Assembly (NCBI RefSeq): GCF_963921235.1
Contig: NC_086108.1
Coordinates: 12,462,001 to 12,526,000, forward strand
Source: Mobula hypostoma
Taxonomy: Eukaryota
Direction: 5' to 3'
DNA length: 64,000 nt
Made by a program: the position numbers and the translations under genes. Below the pieces are notes generated by a model. The model was not told where the DNA came from, did not search any database, and saw only the letters and a program-made list of their open reading frames with translations. Shown here in pieces: positions 1-13,229 of this stretch (positions within the stretch are counted from its first letter, which is position 1; the number at the start of each line of letters is the position of its first letter).

Positions 1-319
1 AGTTCAAAGTTCAAAGTGAATTTACTATTGAAGTACATATACATTATACAACCTTGAGATTCGTCACTTTACAGGCAGCCACACCACAGCTCTCTGTTTA
101 GGTGGATGGGCCTTGAATCTGCCTCTCCTCTGCTCCAACTTTGCTCTGTTCCTCTTGCCATGACTTGGCCCGAATACGTCTGGACCTCACCCTGACTTTG
201 CCTCGCACCCTTACACTTTGACCCCGGACTCAGCCTCACTTTCGCTCACCTCTTCATTGTTTGTTATAATCCTTTGCCGTGATTTTTTTGCAGAAAAGGT
301 GTTATTAATAATTTACTTG

Positions 320-835
320 CAAACACGAGCAAGTCTGCAGATGTTGGAAATCCAGAGCAACACACAAAATGCTGGAGGAACTCAGCAGGTCAGGCAGCAT
401 CTAAGAAAAAGAGTAAACAGTCAACATTTTGGGCCGAGACCCTTCCTCAGGACTGAGAAGAAAGGGGGAAGATGCCTGAGTATAAAGGTGGGGAGAAGAG
501 AAAGAGGTTATCTGGAAGGTGATAGGGGAAGCCAGTTGGGTGGGAAATGTAGAGGGCTGGAGAGGAAAGAATCTGATAGGAAAGGAAAGTGGACAATAGG
601 AGAAAGGGAAGAAGTGGGGCCTAGTGGAAAGTAATAGGCAGGTGAGAAGATGTGAAAAGTCAGAGTGGGGAATAGAAGAAGGGGGATGAGGGGATTTTTT
701 CACCAGAAGGAGAAATCGATATTCATGCCATCAGGTTGGAGTTTCCCCAGACAGAAGTATAAGGTGCTGATCATCCACCCTGCAAGTGGCCTCACCTTGG
801 CACAAGAGGAGGCCATGGACCAACATGTCGGAAGT
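320..835 (-). mobile_element. Penelope-like element (PLE) terminal/pseudo-LTR fragment with decayed hammerhead motif at ~418-455
   Basis: Shares the 'caacacacaaaatgctggaggaactcagcaggtcaggcagcatc...gggccgagacccttcctcaggactg' block and purine-rich tract with copies at 16630, 35310 and 47610; the last is contiguous with GIY-YIG coding remnants. Confidence 0.7.
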
Positions 836-882
836 ACTTAGTTGTATTCCTTGTCTTGTTATCCTCCAGTAGTAGTGCTCAC

Positions 883-1020
883 CTTCAGCTGAGCAATCTT
901 AAACCAGAATTCTGGCCAATGGTAAAATTTTGAGGGATCCAAAGTGTTTTGATTTGAAATTCCATTCACTGTCTGTGGTTCTGGGTGTGTTGGCTTTTGC
1001 TCCTGAGTTTTCACATATCC
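883..1020 (-). CDS. Putative internal coding exon of an unidentified host gene (GYVKTQEQKPTHPEPQTVNGISNQNTLDPSKFYHWPEFWFKIAQLK)
   Basis: Non-repetitive island; acceptor ctctcctcAG, donor AAG|GTGAGC; 138 nt, open, phase 0-0. Confidence 0.5.
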
Positions 1021-2010
1021 CTGAGGAGAGGACCATTGTGGTCCTCAAATGACTTAGCACATCACATAGAAATTAAATAAATAGATTTTCTGCCCTGCTA
1101 TCAATACACAATCTGACAGAAAAATCAGATTGGTTCTGGTATGTTCATCACAGGAGCGTTCTGTCCTGCTGATGTCAGCTGACCTCCTGTCATCTGCAAC
1201 CATCTAATGCAGTTCCTCCACTGGAGTCAGAGCTCAAACCTTTCAGGGTGTTCATACTCAGCCTAATCCCTTGTAGGTTACGTTGAGCAATGGGTGATGC
1301 CTGTGCCTGGCAAGCCAAGAAGTTCAAATATTCAAGATTCAAAGTACATTTATTATTAAAGTATGTATGCAGTACACAGCCCTGAGATCCGTCTTCCCAC
1401 AGACAGCCACCAAACAAAGAAAATCATGGACCTGTTCAAAGAGAAACATCAAACACCCAATGCACAAGCAAATCATGCAAACTGCAAAAATGAGTGGAAA
1501 ACACAGAATGTAAAATATTAAACAATAGCTTAGATCATTTAGCGCTGCGTCATTTGTTGACTGAAAGCTGCAGCCAGTCCACCCCGACCAAAATCACACA
1601 CAACAGCAGCAAAAAAAGAAGTAACCAGAAACCAGAAACACATCATAACAGAGCCCAATCCACAAACTGTGTCGATTAAACTTTGCTCAACACCCAAGGC
1701 TCCAGCACCATCCTCAATCAGCATCAAACAAGAGGGAGACAGCACAGTTAAATGCAGGCAGAGAGCACTTAACACCTGCTTGCTTTCTGCTCCCAACCTC
1801 AATTTTGCATGATGGATTAATCAGCGAGATTGGTGAGAAACAGAGTTGATCATGGGCTCACACTCCATCTTCAGTGGCCACAAACTCCACTCTAAATCTC
1901 AACAAACTCCCTCAGAGACAACAAAAAGCCTGATCACTCAATTGGCGCTAAACACACCATCAAATTGTAGATCACAGGTTCCAATGCAGCACAATCATAC
2001 TGAAAAGAAG

Positions 2011-4745
2011 AAGACCATAATACCATAAGGTATAGGAGCAGAATTATTCCATTTGGCCCATCGAGACCACCATTTTATCATGGCTGATCTAATTTTCCTC
2101 TCAGCACAAATAACCTGCCTTCGCCCCATATCCCTTCATGTCCCAACCAATCAAGAATCTATCAGCCTCTGCCTTAAATATACAGTGCATAAAGACTTGA
2201 CCTCTACCACTGCCTATAGCAAAGAATTCCACAGGTTCTTCATTCTCTGGCTGAAGAAATTCCTCTTCACCTCCGGTCTCAAAGGCCATTCCTCTATTCT
2301 GAGGCTGTGTCCTCTGGTGTTAGGCTCTCCCATCATCGGAAACATCTTCTCCACATCCACTCTATGAAGGCCTTTCACCATTCGAAAGATTTCAATAAGG
2401 TCACCCCTCATTCTTCTGAACTCTAGTGAATACAGTCCAAAGCCATCAAACACTCTTCATATGATAAACCATTCAATCCCAAAATAATTTTTATGATCAT
2501 CCTTTGAACCCTTTCCTGCTTCAGCACATTCTTTGTTTTTTTGTATTTTCTCTCCATTTAGAAGATAGTCAACCCTTTCATTTCTTCTATCAAAGTGCAC
2601 GAGCACATGCTTCACAACTCTGTATTCCATCTGCCACTTCTTTGCCCATTCTTCTAATCTGTCTAGGTCCTTCTGTAGCCTCTCTGTTTCCACAAAACTA
2701 CCTGCCCTTCTATCTTCATATCGTCTGCAAACATTGCAACAAAGCCATCAATTTCATCATCCAAATCATTGACATATAACATAAAAAGAATCAATTCCAG
2801 CACAGACTCCTGGGGAACAGCACTAGTCACCGGCAGCCAGCCAGAAAAGGCTCCCTTTATTCCCACTCTTTGCCTCCTGGCAATTAGGCACTGATTTATC
2901 CATGCTGGGACCTTTCCTGTAATATCATGGGCTCATAGCTTGTTAAGCAGTCTCATGTGTGGCACCTTGTCAAAGGCCTTCTGAAAATCCAAGTACACAA
3001 CATCCACTGATTCCCCTTTGTCTATTCTGTTTGTTATTTCTTCAAAGAATTCCAACAGATTTGTCAGGCAAGATTTTCCCTCTAGGAAACCATGCTGACT
3101 ATGGCCTATTTTATCATGTGCCTCCAAGACTTCATCTGAATAATCGACTCCAATATTTTCCCAACCACTGAGGTCAGACTAACTGGTCTATAGTTTCATT
3201 TCTTCTGCCTCTTTCCCTTCTTGAAGATTGGAGTGACATTTGCAATTTTCCAGTCTTCCAGATGATTGATTCTTGAAAGATCATTATTAATGCCTCTACA
3301 ATTCTTCAGCAAACTCTTTCAGAACTCTTGGGTGTACACCATCTGATCCAGGTGACTTACCTTCCTTCAAACCTTTCAGTTTCCTAAGCACCTTCTCCCT
3401 AGTAACTTCACACACTTCATGAACCCTGACATCTGGAACTTCCACCATAGCTAGTGTCTTCCACAGTGAAGAATGATGCAAAATACTTATTCAGTTCATC
3501 CGCCATTTCATTGCCCCCCATTGCTACCTCTCCAGCATTGTTTTCCAGTGGTCTGATATCCACTCTCGCCCCTCTTTTACATTTTATGGATCTGAAGTGT
3601 GAGGGGATACTGGAGTGCCCCGATGAACTGTTTGAAGTGAGACAGAGAGAGACATTCATCATTGATGCTTTGTTTGGAAAGGAGAGAGAGAGACGAAGAT
3701 TAACGGTTGGACTGTCACTTTAAGGCATTGGAAGTAACTTTGGATTTCTACTGAGTTTGGAGTTGGAGACAGCACCGAGCAGCTCGAAGGTTGCTATGGT
3801 GACCAAAGGCAGATCGTTGATGTTACTTTCAAGGACTTGTCACCTGCTTGCACTCCTTTACAGACAAAGGAGAGAGGGACTCTTTGAATGACAGGTGATG
3901 TTCAGCCTGGTGAAATAAATGAGAGGTCAGATGATACAGACCTCAGACACATGATCCAGACACTGTATGAGCATTGTTGTGCCCGCAGAAAAAGTGGGTT
4001 TTGGAGGATCGATCAGGTGGATTGATCCAAATTGCTATTCCATCGGTGAAGAAGGGGTTGACTGGTAGGGAGCTGTCTATGTGTCCACCCTTGCCTGGGT
4101 GATAGCTCCACCACAGAAGACCGGGCCCCCTGGTTAAAGTCACAATTGATGACTTGTAAAGGATTTCGGAGGACGACGAGAAGAGGAATGGTATCAGCTC
4201 ACCTAAGCACTCAACTCACTCTCTCTCTCTCTCCATCACTACTCAACTAAATACCACAAACTGAACTGAACTGAACTTTACTCAACATCGTAAGACTGTA
4301 TCTTTTAACCCCTAGACTTAAAGAAGCTTGGAGTTACTAATAAATATTATTAGTTGTTAGCAATACGAGACTCCAAAGTGTTTTCCATCTCTGCTGGTTT
4401 CTTAACCCCTGTCACGGGGTACGTGACAGAAGAAACATTTGGTATCCTCTTTAATATTATTGGCTAGTTTAATTTCATATTCCTTCCTTGCCTTCTTAAT
4501 GACTTTTTAGTTGGCCTTTAAAAACCTCCAATCCTCTAACTTCCCAATAATTTTTGATATATTATATGCCCTCTCTTGGGCTTTTATGTTGGATTCGACT
4601 ACTCTTGTTAGTCACGCTTGTGTCATCTTTCCTTTAGAATACATCATCCTCTTTGGGATGGATAGATCCTGTGCCAAATTGCTTCAAGAGATTCCAGCCA
4701 TTGCTGCTCTGCCGTCATCTCTGCCAGTATTCTTTTCCAAACAAT
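2011..4745 (-). mobile_element. Degenerate CR1 LINE (ORF2 RT region to 3' tail), interrupted by a solo LTR
   Basis: ORF fragments 'QHGFLEGKSCLTNLLEFFEE...VYLDFQKAFDKVPH', 'KSPGSDGVHPRVLKE', 'MFADDMKI'; accataa-type tail at ~2011. Confidence 0.9.
3598..4428 (+). mobile_element. Solo LTR (TG...CA, 831 bp) with 4-bp TSD GAAG
   Basis: tctGAAG|TGTGAGG...CGTGACA|GAAGaaac; CR1 sequence is continuous across it; 3' end matches the element at 52062-52880. Confidence 0.8.
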
Positions 4746-4915
4746 TGAAGTAAAAGAAGTAGTTTTGTGAACTGTCTGCAGGATGTCACCTTTGCTCATG
4801 TTTTTTACTGGTGCCATCTACTTCAGCCCTCTCCTCTTCACAGTATGGTAATCCAGCAATCCCAGCAAGATGGGCCAGGGCAGTGATACAGCTATCCAGG
4901 TGCAGATTTAAGTAC

Positions 4916-4965
4916 CTTTACAGTCAGGAAGCAGAATGAGAGGGAGATGATGCTCTGTGGGATAT
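4916..4965 (-). CDS. Putative coding exon (xIPQSIISLSFCFLTVK), splices in frame to 883-1020
   Basis: Acceptor ttttcaattttcaAG, donor AAG|GTACTT; 50 nt, phase 1 to 0, matching the phase-0 exon downstream. Confidence 0.4.
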
Positions 4966-5068
4966 CTTGAAAATTGAAAAGAGGAATAAAAACAAATATT
5001 AGTACAAATCCAGGTACTTAAAATATCATTCAGGCCCCCAATGAAGGGTAGCGTCCCAAAAACTTCAC

Positions 5069-5205
5069 ACAGTCCTGATGAAGGATCTCATCACAAAACA
5101 TCGACTGTTTATTCACTTCCATAGATGCTGCCTGGCCTGCTGAGTTCCTCCAGCATTTTTGTGGGTGATACTCTGGATTTCCAGCGTCTGCAGAATATTT
5201 TGTGT
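5069..5205 (+). mobile_element. Short PLE-terminus fragment with decayed hammerhead (cagtc CTGATGA aggatctcatcac AAAAC ATC gactg)
   Basis: Reverse complement of the 42059-42157 family; GAAAC/GTC core mutated. Confidence 0.65.
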
Positions 5206-5433
5206 TTATGATTTGTGGTAGAAATTTGGTGATGACTCTGAGCACCAACACTCATTAAACAATTCTAATCTCCACACCAGCTTTTCAAAAAAGGTGAAAA
5301 TCATCTGGAAATGCAGAGGTGTCAGGGCAATGTATTAAAGTATTCAGCACAGGGACCCACTCATCCAGTGTGGGAGAATCTTGGCGCAGGGCTCAGTTCA
5401 GGGATCCACTCATTCATTGTAAGTGGATTTCAC

Positions 5434-5571
5434 CCATCACTTGAGATGCTGTGGCCGATTGCCGATGCAGTATGTTGTGTAATGGGCCTTGTGCAGAGTG
5501 AATGATGAGTTGCAGTGTGGGCCATAGCATGGAGAGAGAGGTATGGCGTGGCGTGCAGTGTAGTTGTACAC
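5434..5571 (-). CDS. Possible exon of the same minus-strand gene (reading frame ambiguous)
   Basis: Good acceptor cctttaacctttgtcAG; candidate donor G|GTGAAA gives 138 nt phase 1-1 that joins exon 4916-4965; alternatively a terminal exon VYNYTARHAIPLSPCYGPHC...HLK*. Confidence 0.3.
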
Positions 5572-5798
5572 CTGACAAAGGTTAAAGGTGAGGTGTGTTA
5601 ACCTGCGTTCATGGTCAATAGCCCCTCTGTCATAATTTCACTCAGAAACGTTCTTCAGCATGATCCTACTCAGCTAAAGATGAACTTGGAGCTCATCACA
5701 TCTGAGAAATGATGCTATACAATGAAATTTCTAATCTACTTTATCTGAATTACCTCGACTCTATGTTCCGTTCTTGTGAACAAGTAATTTTACCTTAC

Positions 5799-5882
5799 CC
5801 AACCATCTCTTTAAAATCTGGCATAAGCCAGTCTTGGGAGGTTCCACCGTCAGAGGTGGGATGGAAGCTGAACTGAACCAGG
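5799..5882 (-). CDS. Possible exon (xWFSSASIPPLTVEPPKTGLCQILKRWLG)
   Basis: Strong donor TGG|GTAAGG, weak acceptor catcactcAG; 84 nt phase 1-1. Confidence 0.25.
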
Positions 5883-6061
5883 CTGAGTGATGCCATCATT
5901 AAGTTAGACCCTCTGGAGTTTCTTTATTTCATGGTCAGCACAGAACAAGCCCTTTGGCCCTTCGAGCTGCACCACCCAGCAAACCAACTTCTTAACACGA
6001 GCCTATTACAATGACCAATTAACCTGCAAACTCATGAAAATGATTCCATGATTGAAAGGCT

Positions 6062-6985
6062 TGAATTGAATTGAATTGACTTTATTTCTTACATCCTTCA
6101 TAGACATGAGGACTAAAAATCTTTACGTTACGTCTCCGTCTAAATGTGCGATATGCAATTTATAGTAATTTATAATAAATATTATGTACAACAGGATAGT
6201 CAATATAGCATAGAAATACAATAGTGTTGGCGTGAGTTAATCAGTCTGATGGCCTGGTGGAAGAAGCTGTCCCTGAGCCTCATAGTCCTAGCTTTTATGC
6301 TGTGGTACCGTTTCCCAGGTGGTAGCAGCTGGAACAGTTTGTGGTTGGGGTGACTCGGGTCCCTAATGATCCTTCAGGCTCTTTTTACACACCTGTCTTT
6401 GTAAATGTTCTGAATAGTGGGAAGTTCACAACTACAGATGCGCTGGGCTGTCCACACCACTCTCTGCAGAGTCCTGCGATTAAGGGAGGTACAGTTCCCA
6501 TACCAGGCAGTGATGCAGCCAGTCAGGATGCTCTCAACTGTGCCCCTGTAGAAAGTTCTTAGTATCTGGGGGCCCACACCAAACTTCTTCAACCGTCTGA
6601 GGTGAAAGAAGCGTTTCGTTCACCACACAGCCATATGTACAAATCACGTGAGATCCTTGGTGATGTGTATGCCGAGGAATTTAAAGCTGTTCACCCTCTC
6701 TACCCCAGATCCATTGACGTCAATGAGGGTTAGCCTGTCTCCATTCCTCCTGTAATCCACAACTAGCTACTTTGTTTCTGTGACATTGAGGAAGAGGTTG
6801 TTTCCTTGACACCATTGTGTCAGGTAGGCTGCCTCATTATTATTTGAGATTAGGTCAATCAATGTAGTATCGTCAGCAAATTTAATTAGCAGATTGGGGC
6901 TGTGGGTGACAACACAGTCATGTGTATACAGGGAGTAAAGGAGGGGACAGTACACAGCCCTGAGGGACCTGTGTTGAGGGTCAGG
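6062..6985 (-). mobile_element. Rex1/Babar-type LINE 3' fragment, (caatt)n tail
   Basis: 'PLLYSLYTHDCV...LIKFADDTTLI', 'FYRGTVESILTGCITAWYGNC'. Confidence 0.85.
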
Positions 6986-7004
6986 GGCCCTTGTCATACA
7001 CAGA

Positions 7005-7770
7005 GGGTTTGATGGCTCTGGGCCTTCATTCAGAAGAATGAGGGGTGACCTCATTGAAAACTATTGAATGGTGAAAGGCCTTGATAGAGTGGATGTGGAG
7101 AAGATGTTTCCTATGGTGGAAGTGTCTAAGACCAGAGGACTCAGCCTCAGTATACAGGAGATAAAGAGGAATTTCTTGAGCTAGAGTGTGGTGAATCTGT
7201 AGAATTCATTGCCACAAGCAGCTGTGGAGGCCAAGTCTTTCTGTATATTTAAGGTAGAGGTTGATAGATTCTTGATTGGTCGGGGCATGAAGGGATATGG
7301 GAGAAAGGCAGGAGATTGGGGCTGAGAGGAAAATTAGATCAGTCATGATGAAAAGGCGGAGCAGACTCGATAAGACAAATGGCCTAATTCTTCTCCTGTA
7401 TCTCATGGTCTCATAGTCTAAGCTAGTAGGTCTTTTAAGCAACCAGAGCACCCATAAGACCATAAGACATTGGAGCATAATTAGACCAGTTGACTGATTT
7501 ATTATCCCTCTCAAGCCCATTCCCCTGCCTTCTCCTGGTGATCTTTGATGACCTGACTAGTCAAGAAACTAGGAACCTCTACTTTAAAAATACTCAATAA
7601 TTTGGCCTCCATAGGCGTTGGTGGCAATGAATTTCACAAATTCAACACCCTCTGGCTAAAGAAGTTCCTCCTTACCTCCATTCTAAATGGACATCCCTGG
7701 ATTCTGAGGCTGTGGCCTCTGGTCTCAGACTGCCCCACCAGAGGAAACATTCCCTCCACATCCATCTGGA
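7005..7770. mobile_element. Two CR1 3'-end fragments (plus ~7005-7415, minus ~7450-7770)
   Basis: 'FRRMRGDLIE..TRGHSLRI..RRNFFSQRV' remnants and tail repeats. Confidence 0.8.
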
Positions 7771-8524
7771 GAAAACCCACGCAGTCATGAGGAGAACAGA
7801 CAATCTCCTTACAGATGGCAGCAGAATTGAACTCCAAACTCCAGAGAGCACTACACTGCCACAGTGTAGTGCTAACCACTACACTAACCATGTTGCCCAA
7901 TTGCATGAGTCATATAGAAGTCTGATTAGCAGATGTGTGTTGGCATTGCCACCCTCAGCTCTTCCAGCCACCCATCCGTACTGCCTTCTGTCTTTAAGAA
8001 GGGATGGAGGCAGAAGAAAAGAAATTATAAGCCGGTTTCCCTGACTTCAGTATTTGTAAGGTGTTGGAGTCCATAATTAAGGATGAAGTTTCAGAGTAAC
8101 TTGGAAGCACATGATAAAATAGACCAAAGTCAGCATGGTTTGCTTGAGGGAGTGGTGCCTCAGAAAGGCAGTGTCAATTATCAAAGACTTCCAGCACCCA
8201 GGGCATGCCCTTTTCTCACTGTCACCATCGGGCAGGAGGTACAGAAGCCTGAAGGTGCATACTCAGTGATTCAGGAACAGCTTCTTCCCCTCTGCCATCC
8301 AATTCCTAAATGCACATTGAACCCTTGAACACTACATCACTTTTTTAGTCTATATTTTTTTGTTTTATGCACGATTTTTAATTTATTCAATATACATTTT
8401 CTGTAATTGATTTACTTACTTATTATTATTATTTTTCTTGTATATGTATTGCATTGAACTGCTACTGCTACGTTAACAAATTTCATGACACATACCAGTG
8501 ATAATAAACTTGTTTCTGATTCTG

Positions 8525-9608
8525 AGGGTCAATCTTGCCTGACAAATCAGTAGGAATTCTTTGAAGAAATAACAAGCAGGATAGACAAAGAAGAATCGAT
8601 TGATGTTGTTCACTTGGAATTTAAGAAGGCCTTTGATAAGGTGCCACACACAAGGCTGCTTGACAAGATAAGAGCCCATGGCATTTCAGGAAAGATTCTA
8701 GCATGGATCGAGTATCAGCTGATGGCAGGAAGCAAAGAGTGAGGATAAAGGAGGACTTTCCTGGTTGGCTGCTGGTGACTAATGGTTTTCTAGAGGGGTC
8801 TCTGTTAGGACCACCTTTTCCATGTTATATGTCAATGATATGGATGTTGGAATTGATGGCTTTGTGGCCAAGCTTGCAGATGATACAAAGATAGGTGAAG
8901 GGGCAGATATTGAGGAAGCAAAGTGTCTGCAGAAGAGCTTACACAGACTGGAAGAATGGGCAAAGAAGTGGTAGATGGAATATAGTGCAGGGAAGTGTAT
9001 GGTCATGCACTTTGGTCGAAGGACTGAGAAAAAAATTCAGAAATCAGAGGTACAAAGGGATTTGGGAGTGGTAGTCCTCATGCAGGATTCCCAAAAGGTT
9101 AGTTTACAGGTTGAGTCAGTGGTGAGGAAGGCAAATGCAATGTTAGCATTCCTTTCAAAAGGACTGAAATATAAAATCAAGGATATAATGTTAAGGCTTT
9201 TTTTAAGGTATTGGTCAGACCATATTTGAAGTATTGTGAGAAAAGACATGCTGGCATTGGAGGGGATTCAAATCAGGTTCACAAAAATTATCCTGGGAAA
9301 GAAAGGGTTAACATTTGAGGACCTTTTGATATCTCTGGACCTGTACTTACTGGAGTTTAGAAGAATGAGAGGGCATCTCACTGAAACCTATCAAATATTG
9401 AAAGGCCTCAATAAGGTGGATGTGAAGAAGATAATTCCTATAGTGGGGGAGTCTAGGACCTGATGGCACAGACTCAGAATACAAGGATATCCTTCAGAAC
9501 AGAGATGAAGAGGAATATCTTTAGCCACAGGCTGATGTATCTGTGGAATTGATTCCCATGGATAGCTGTAGAAGTCAAGTTATGGGGTATACTTAAAGCA
9601 GACTAGAT
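8525..9608 (+). mobile_element. Old CR1 LINE (RT to 3' region); resumes at ~12297-12370 and ~12655-12735 after nested insertions
   Basis: 'FKKAFDKVPH', 'MEYSAGKCMVMHFG', 'EFRRMRGHLTETYQIL' fragments. Confidence 0.85.
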
Positions 9609-12290
9609 ATAGAAACATAGAAACATAGAAAATAGGTGCAGGAGTAGGCCATTCGGCCCTTCAAGCCTGCACCGCCATTTATTATGATCATGGCTGATCA
9701 TCCAACTCAGAACCCCGCCCCAACCTTCCCTCCATACCCCCTGACCCCCGTAGCCACAAGGGCCATATCTAACTCCCTCTTAAATATAGCCAATGAACTG
9801 GCCTCAACTGTTTCCTGTGGCAGAGAATTCCACAGATTCACCACTCTCTGTGTGAAGAAGTTTTTCCTAATCTCGGTCCTAAAAGGCTTCCACTCTATCC
9901 TCAAACTGTGGCCTCTCGTTCTGGACTTCCACAACATCGGGAACAATCTTCCTGCATGTAGCCTGTCCAATCCCTTTAGGATCTTATACGTTTCAATCAG
10001 ATCCCCCCTCAATCTTCTAAATTCCAACGAGTACAAGCCCAGTTCATCCAGTCTTTCTTCATATGAAAGTCCTGCCATCCCAGGAATCAATCCGGTGAAC
10101 CTTCTTTGTACTCCCTCTATGGCAAGGATGTCTTTCCTCAGATTAGGGGACCAAAACTGCACACAATACTCCAGGTGTGGTCTCACCAAGGCCTTGTACA
10201 ACTGCAGTAGTACCTCCCTGCTCCTGTACTCGAATCCTCTTGCTATAAATGCCAGCATACCATTCGCCTTTTTCACCGCCTGCTGTACCTGCATGCCCAC
10301 TTTCAATGACTGGTGTATAATGACACCCAGGTTTCATTGCACTTCCCCTTTTCCTAATCGGCCACCATTCAGATAATAATCTGTTTTCCTGTTTTTGCCA
10401 CCAAAGTGGATAACTTCACATTTATCCACATTAAATTGCATCTGCCATGAATTTGCCCACTCACCCAACCTATCCAAGTCACCCTGCATCCTCTTAGCAT
10501 CCTCCTCACGGCTAACACTGCCACCCAGCTTCGTGTCATCCGCAAACTTGGAGATGCTGCATTTAATTCCCTCATCCAAGTCATTAATATATATTGTAAA
10601 CAACTGGGGTCCCAGCACTGAGCCTTGCGGTACCCCACTGGTCACCGCCTGCCATTCTGAAAAGGTCCCGTTTATTCCCACTCTTTGCTTCCTGTCTGCT
10701 AACCAATTCTCCACCCACACCAATACCTTACCCCCAATACCGTGTGCTTTAAGTTTGCACACTAATCTCCTGTGTGGGACCTTGTCAATAGCCTTTTGAA
10801 AATCCAAATATACTACATCCACTGGTTCTCCCCTATCCACTCTACTAGTTACATCCTCAAAAAATTCTATGAGATTCGTCAGACATGATTTTCCTTTCAC
10901 AAATCCATGCTGACTTTGTCCGATCATTTCACTGCTTTCCAAATGTGCTGTTATCACATCCTTGATAACTGACTCCAGCAGTTTCCCCACCACCGACGTT
11001 AGGCTAACTGGTCTATAATTCCCCAGTTTCTCTCTCCCTCCTTTTTTAAAAAGTGGAGTTACATTAGCCACCCTCCAATCCTCAGGAACTAGTCCAGAAT
11101 CTAACGAGTTTTGAAAAATTATCACTAATGCATCCGCTATTTCTTGGGCTACTTCCTTAAGCACTCTAGGATGCAGACCATCTGGCCCTGGGGATTTATC
11201 CGCCTTCAATCCCTTCAATTTACCTAACACCACATCCCTACTAACATGTATTTCGCTCAGTTCCTCCATCTCACTGGACCCTCTGTCCCCTACTATTTCT
11301 GGAAGATTATTTATGTCCTCCTTAGTGAAGACAGAACCAAAGTAGTTATTCAATTGGTCTGCCATGTCCTTGCTCCCCATAATCAATTCACCTGTTTCTG
11401 TCTGCAGGGGACCTACATTTGTCTTTACCAGTCTTTTCCTTTTTACATATCTATAAAAGCTTTTACAGTCCATTTTTATGTTCCCTGCCAGTTTTCTCTC
11501 ATAATCTTTTTTCCCCTTCCTAATTAAGCACTTTGTCCTCCTCTGCTGAACTCTGAATTTCTCCCAGTCCTCAGGTGAGCCACTTTCTCTGGCTAATTTG
11601 TATGCTTCTTCTTTGGAATTGATACTATCCCTAATTTCTCTTGTCAGCCACGGGTGCACTACCTTCCTTGATTTATTCTTTTGCCAAACTGGGATGAACA
11701 ATTGTTGTAGTTCATCCATGCAACCTTTAAATGCTTGCCATTGCATATCCACCATCAATCCTTTAAGTGTCATTTGCCAGTCTATCTTAGCTAATTCACG
11801 TCTTATACCTTCAAAGTTACCCCTCTTTAAGTTCAGAACCTTTGTTTCTGAATTAACTATGTCACTCTCCATCTTAATGAAGAATTCCACCATATTATGG
11901 TCACTCTTACCCAAGGGGCCTCTCACGACAAGATTGCTAATTAACCCTCCTTATTGCTCAAAACCCAGTCCAGAATAGCCTGCTCTCTAGTTGGTTCCTC
12001 GACATGTTGGTTCAAAAAACCATCCCGCATACATTCCAAGAAATCCTCTTCCTCAGCACCTTTACCAATTTGGTTCACCCAATCTACATGTAGATTGAAG
12101 TCACCCATTATAACTGCTGTTCCTTTATTGCACACATTTCTAATTTCCTGTTTAATACCATCTCCGACCTCACTACTACTGTTAGGTGGCCTGTACACAA
12201 CTCCCACCAGCGTCTTCTGCCCCTTAGTGTTATGCAGCTCTACCCATATCGATTCCACATCTTCCCGGCTTATGTCCTTCCTTTCTATTC
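9609..12290 (-). mobile_element. Young 5'-truncated CR1 LINE; near-intact ORF2 (endonuclease C-terminal part + RT) broken by two frameshifts
   Basis: ORFs 11941-12258 (VYRPPN, IMGDFN), 10334-11926 (530 aa, GVPQGSVLGP, KFADDTKL) and 9707-10306; tail (ttctatgt)n at 9609-9630. Confidence 0.95.
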
Positions 12291-12369
12291 CTTACTATTT
12301 CTTAATTGGTGAGGACATCAAACGTTACAGGGTGAAGACAAGAAAATGGGGTTGAGAGGGGTAATAAAT

Positions 12370-12655
12370 GGAGTGGAAAGATTGCGTAGTAGTTAGTACA
12401 AAGCTTAACAATACAGGCGACTTGGGTTTAATTCTCCCAATTATCTGTAATTCTCCACATGACTGTGTGGGTTTCCTCTGGGGGGTACTCCGGTTTCCTC
12501 CCATGGCCAAAGAAGACATAAAGGTTAACAGGTTAATTAATTATTATAAATTGTCCCGTGATTAAGCTAGAGTTAAATTGGGGCAACACTGGGCAATGCG
12601 GCTCGAAGGGCCAGAAGGGCCTATTCCATGCTGTATCTCCTAAATAAATAAATAG
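12370..12655 (+). mobile_element. tRNA-derived V-SINE-like element
   Basis: Decayed tRNA head, V-domain-like 'gtgggtttcctctggggg tactccggtttcctccca', (taaa)n tail; related copy at ~47055-47265. Confidence 0.65.
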
Positions 12656-13229
12656 ATAATCAGTTCTGATGGAGTGTCAGATCAGACTGGATGGGCTGAA
12701 TGGCGTAATTCTGTGGCTGTGGTCTCACGGTCATGGTCAAATAGGGCCATTCTGAGGCTGCACCCCATTATCAGGACATTCGCTGAACAGGTGTGAATGA
12801 GTGCTGAACTATGCCTGTCTTGTGAGAAGTTGGTCAGCAAATTCCTGTATGTTGCTGTACTATTCTTACAATTCAGTCAGGAACCTACAGCCCCAGGTAG
12901 AATTGTACTAATTTGAAGTCGCTGGGATCAAATACTTTTCCCAGGACCACAAGGACCAAAGTTCAAAGTTCAAAGTAGACTTATTATCAGACTACATATA
13001 CTGTATGTCACCATGTACAACTCTGAGATTTATATTCCTGCGGGCATACTCAATAAATCTATAGAATAGTAACTATAACAGGATCAGTGAAAGATCAACC
13101 AGAGTGCAGAAGACAACAAACTGAGCAAATGCAAATATAAATAAATAGCAATAAATAATGAGAACATGCGTCTATGAGATAAAAAGTTCTTAAAGGAAGA
13201 TCATTTGTTGTGGAAATATTTCAATGGAT

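Larger units (their letters stand above)
1322..4820 (-). mobile_element. Non-autonomous ~0.8-1 kb retroposon (tail ttgaatct-type), split by a CR1 insertion (pieces 1322-2010 and ~4745-4820)
   Basis: 3' end 'ttcaaagtacatttattattaaagtatgtatgcagtaca...ctgagat' and 5' end 'ggtgccatct' shared with many copies in the window. Confidence 0.6.

Noticed and set aside
10334..11926. 530-aa RT ORF as a host gene, retron or DGR RT
   Set aside because: Typical CR1 ORF2 with flanking endonuclease fragment, frameshifts and microsatellite tail
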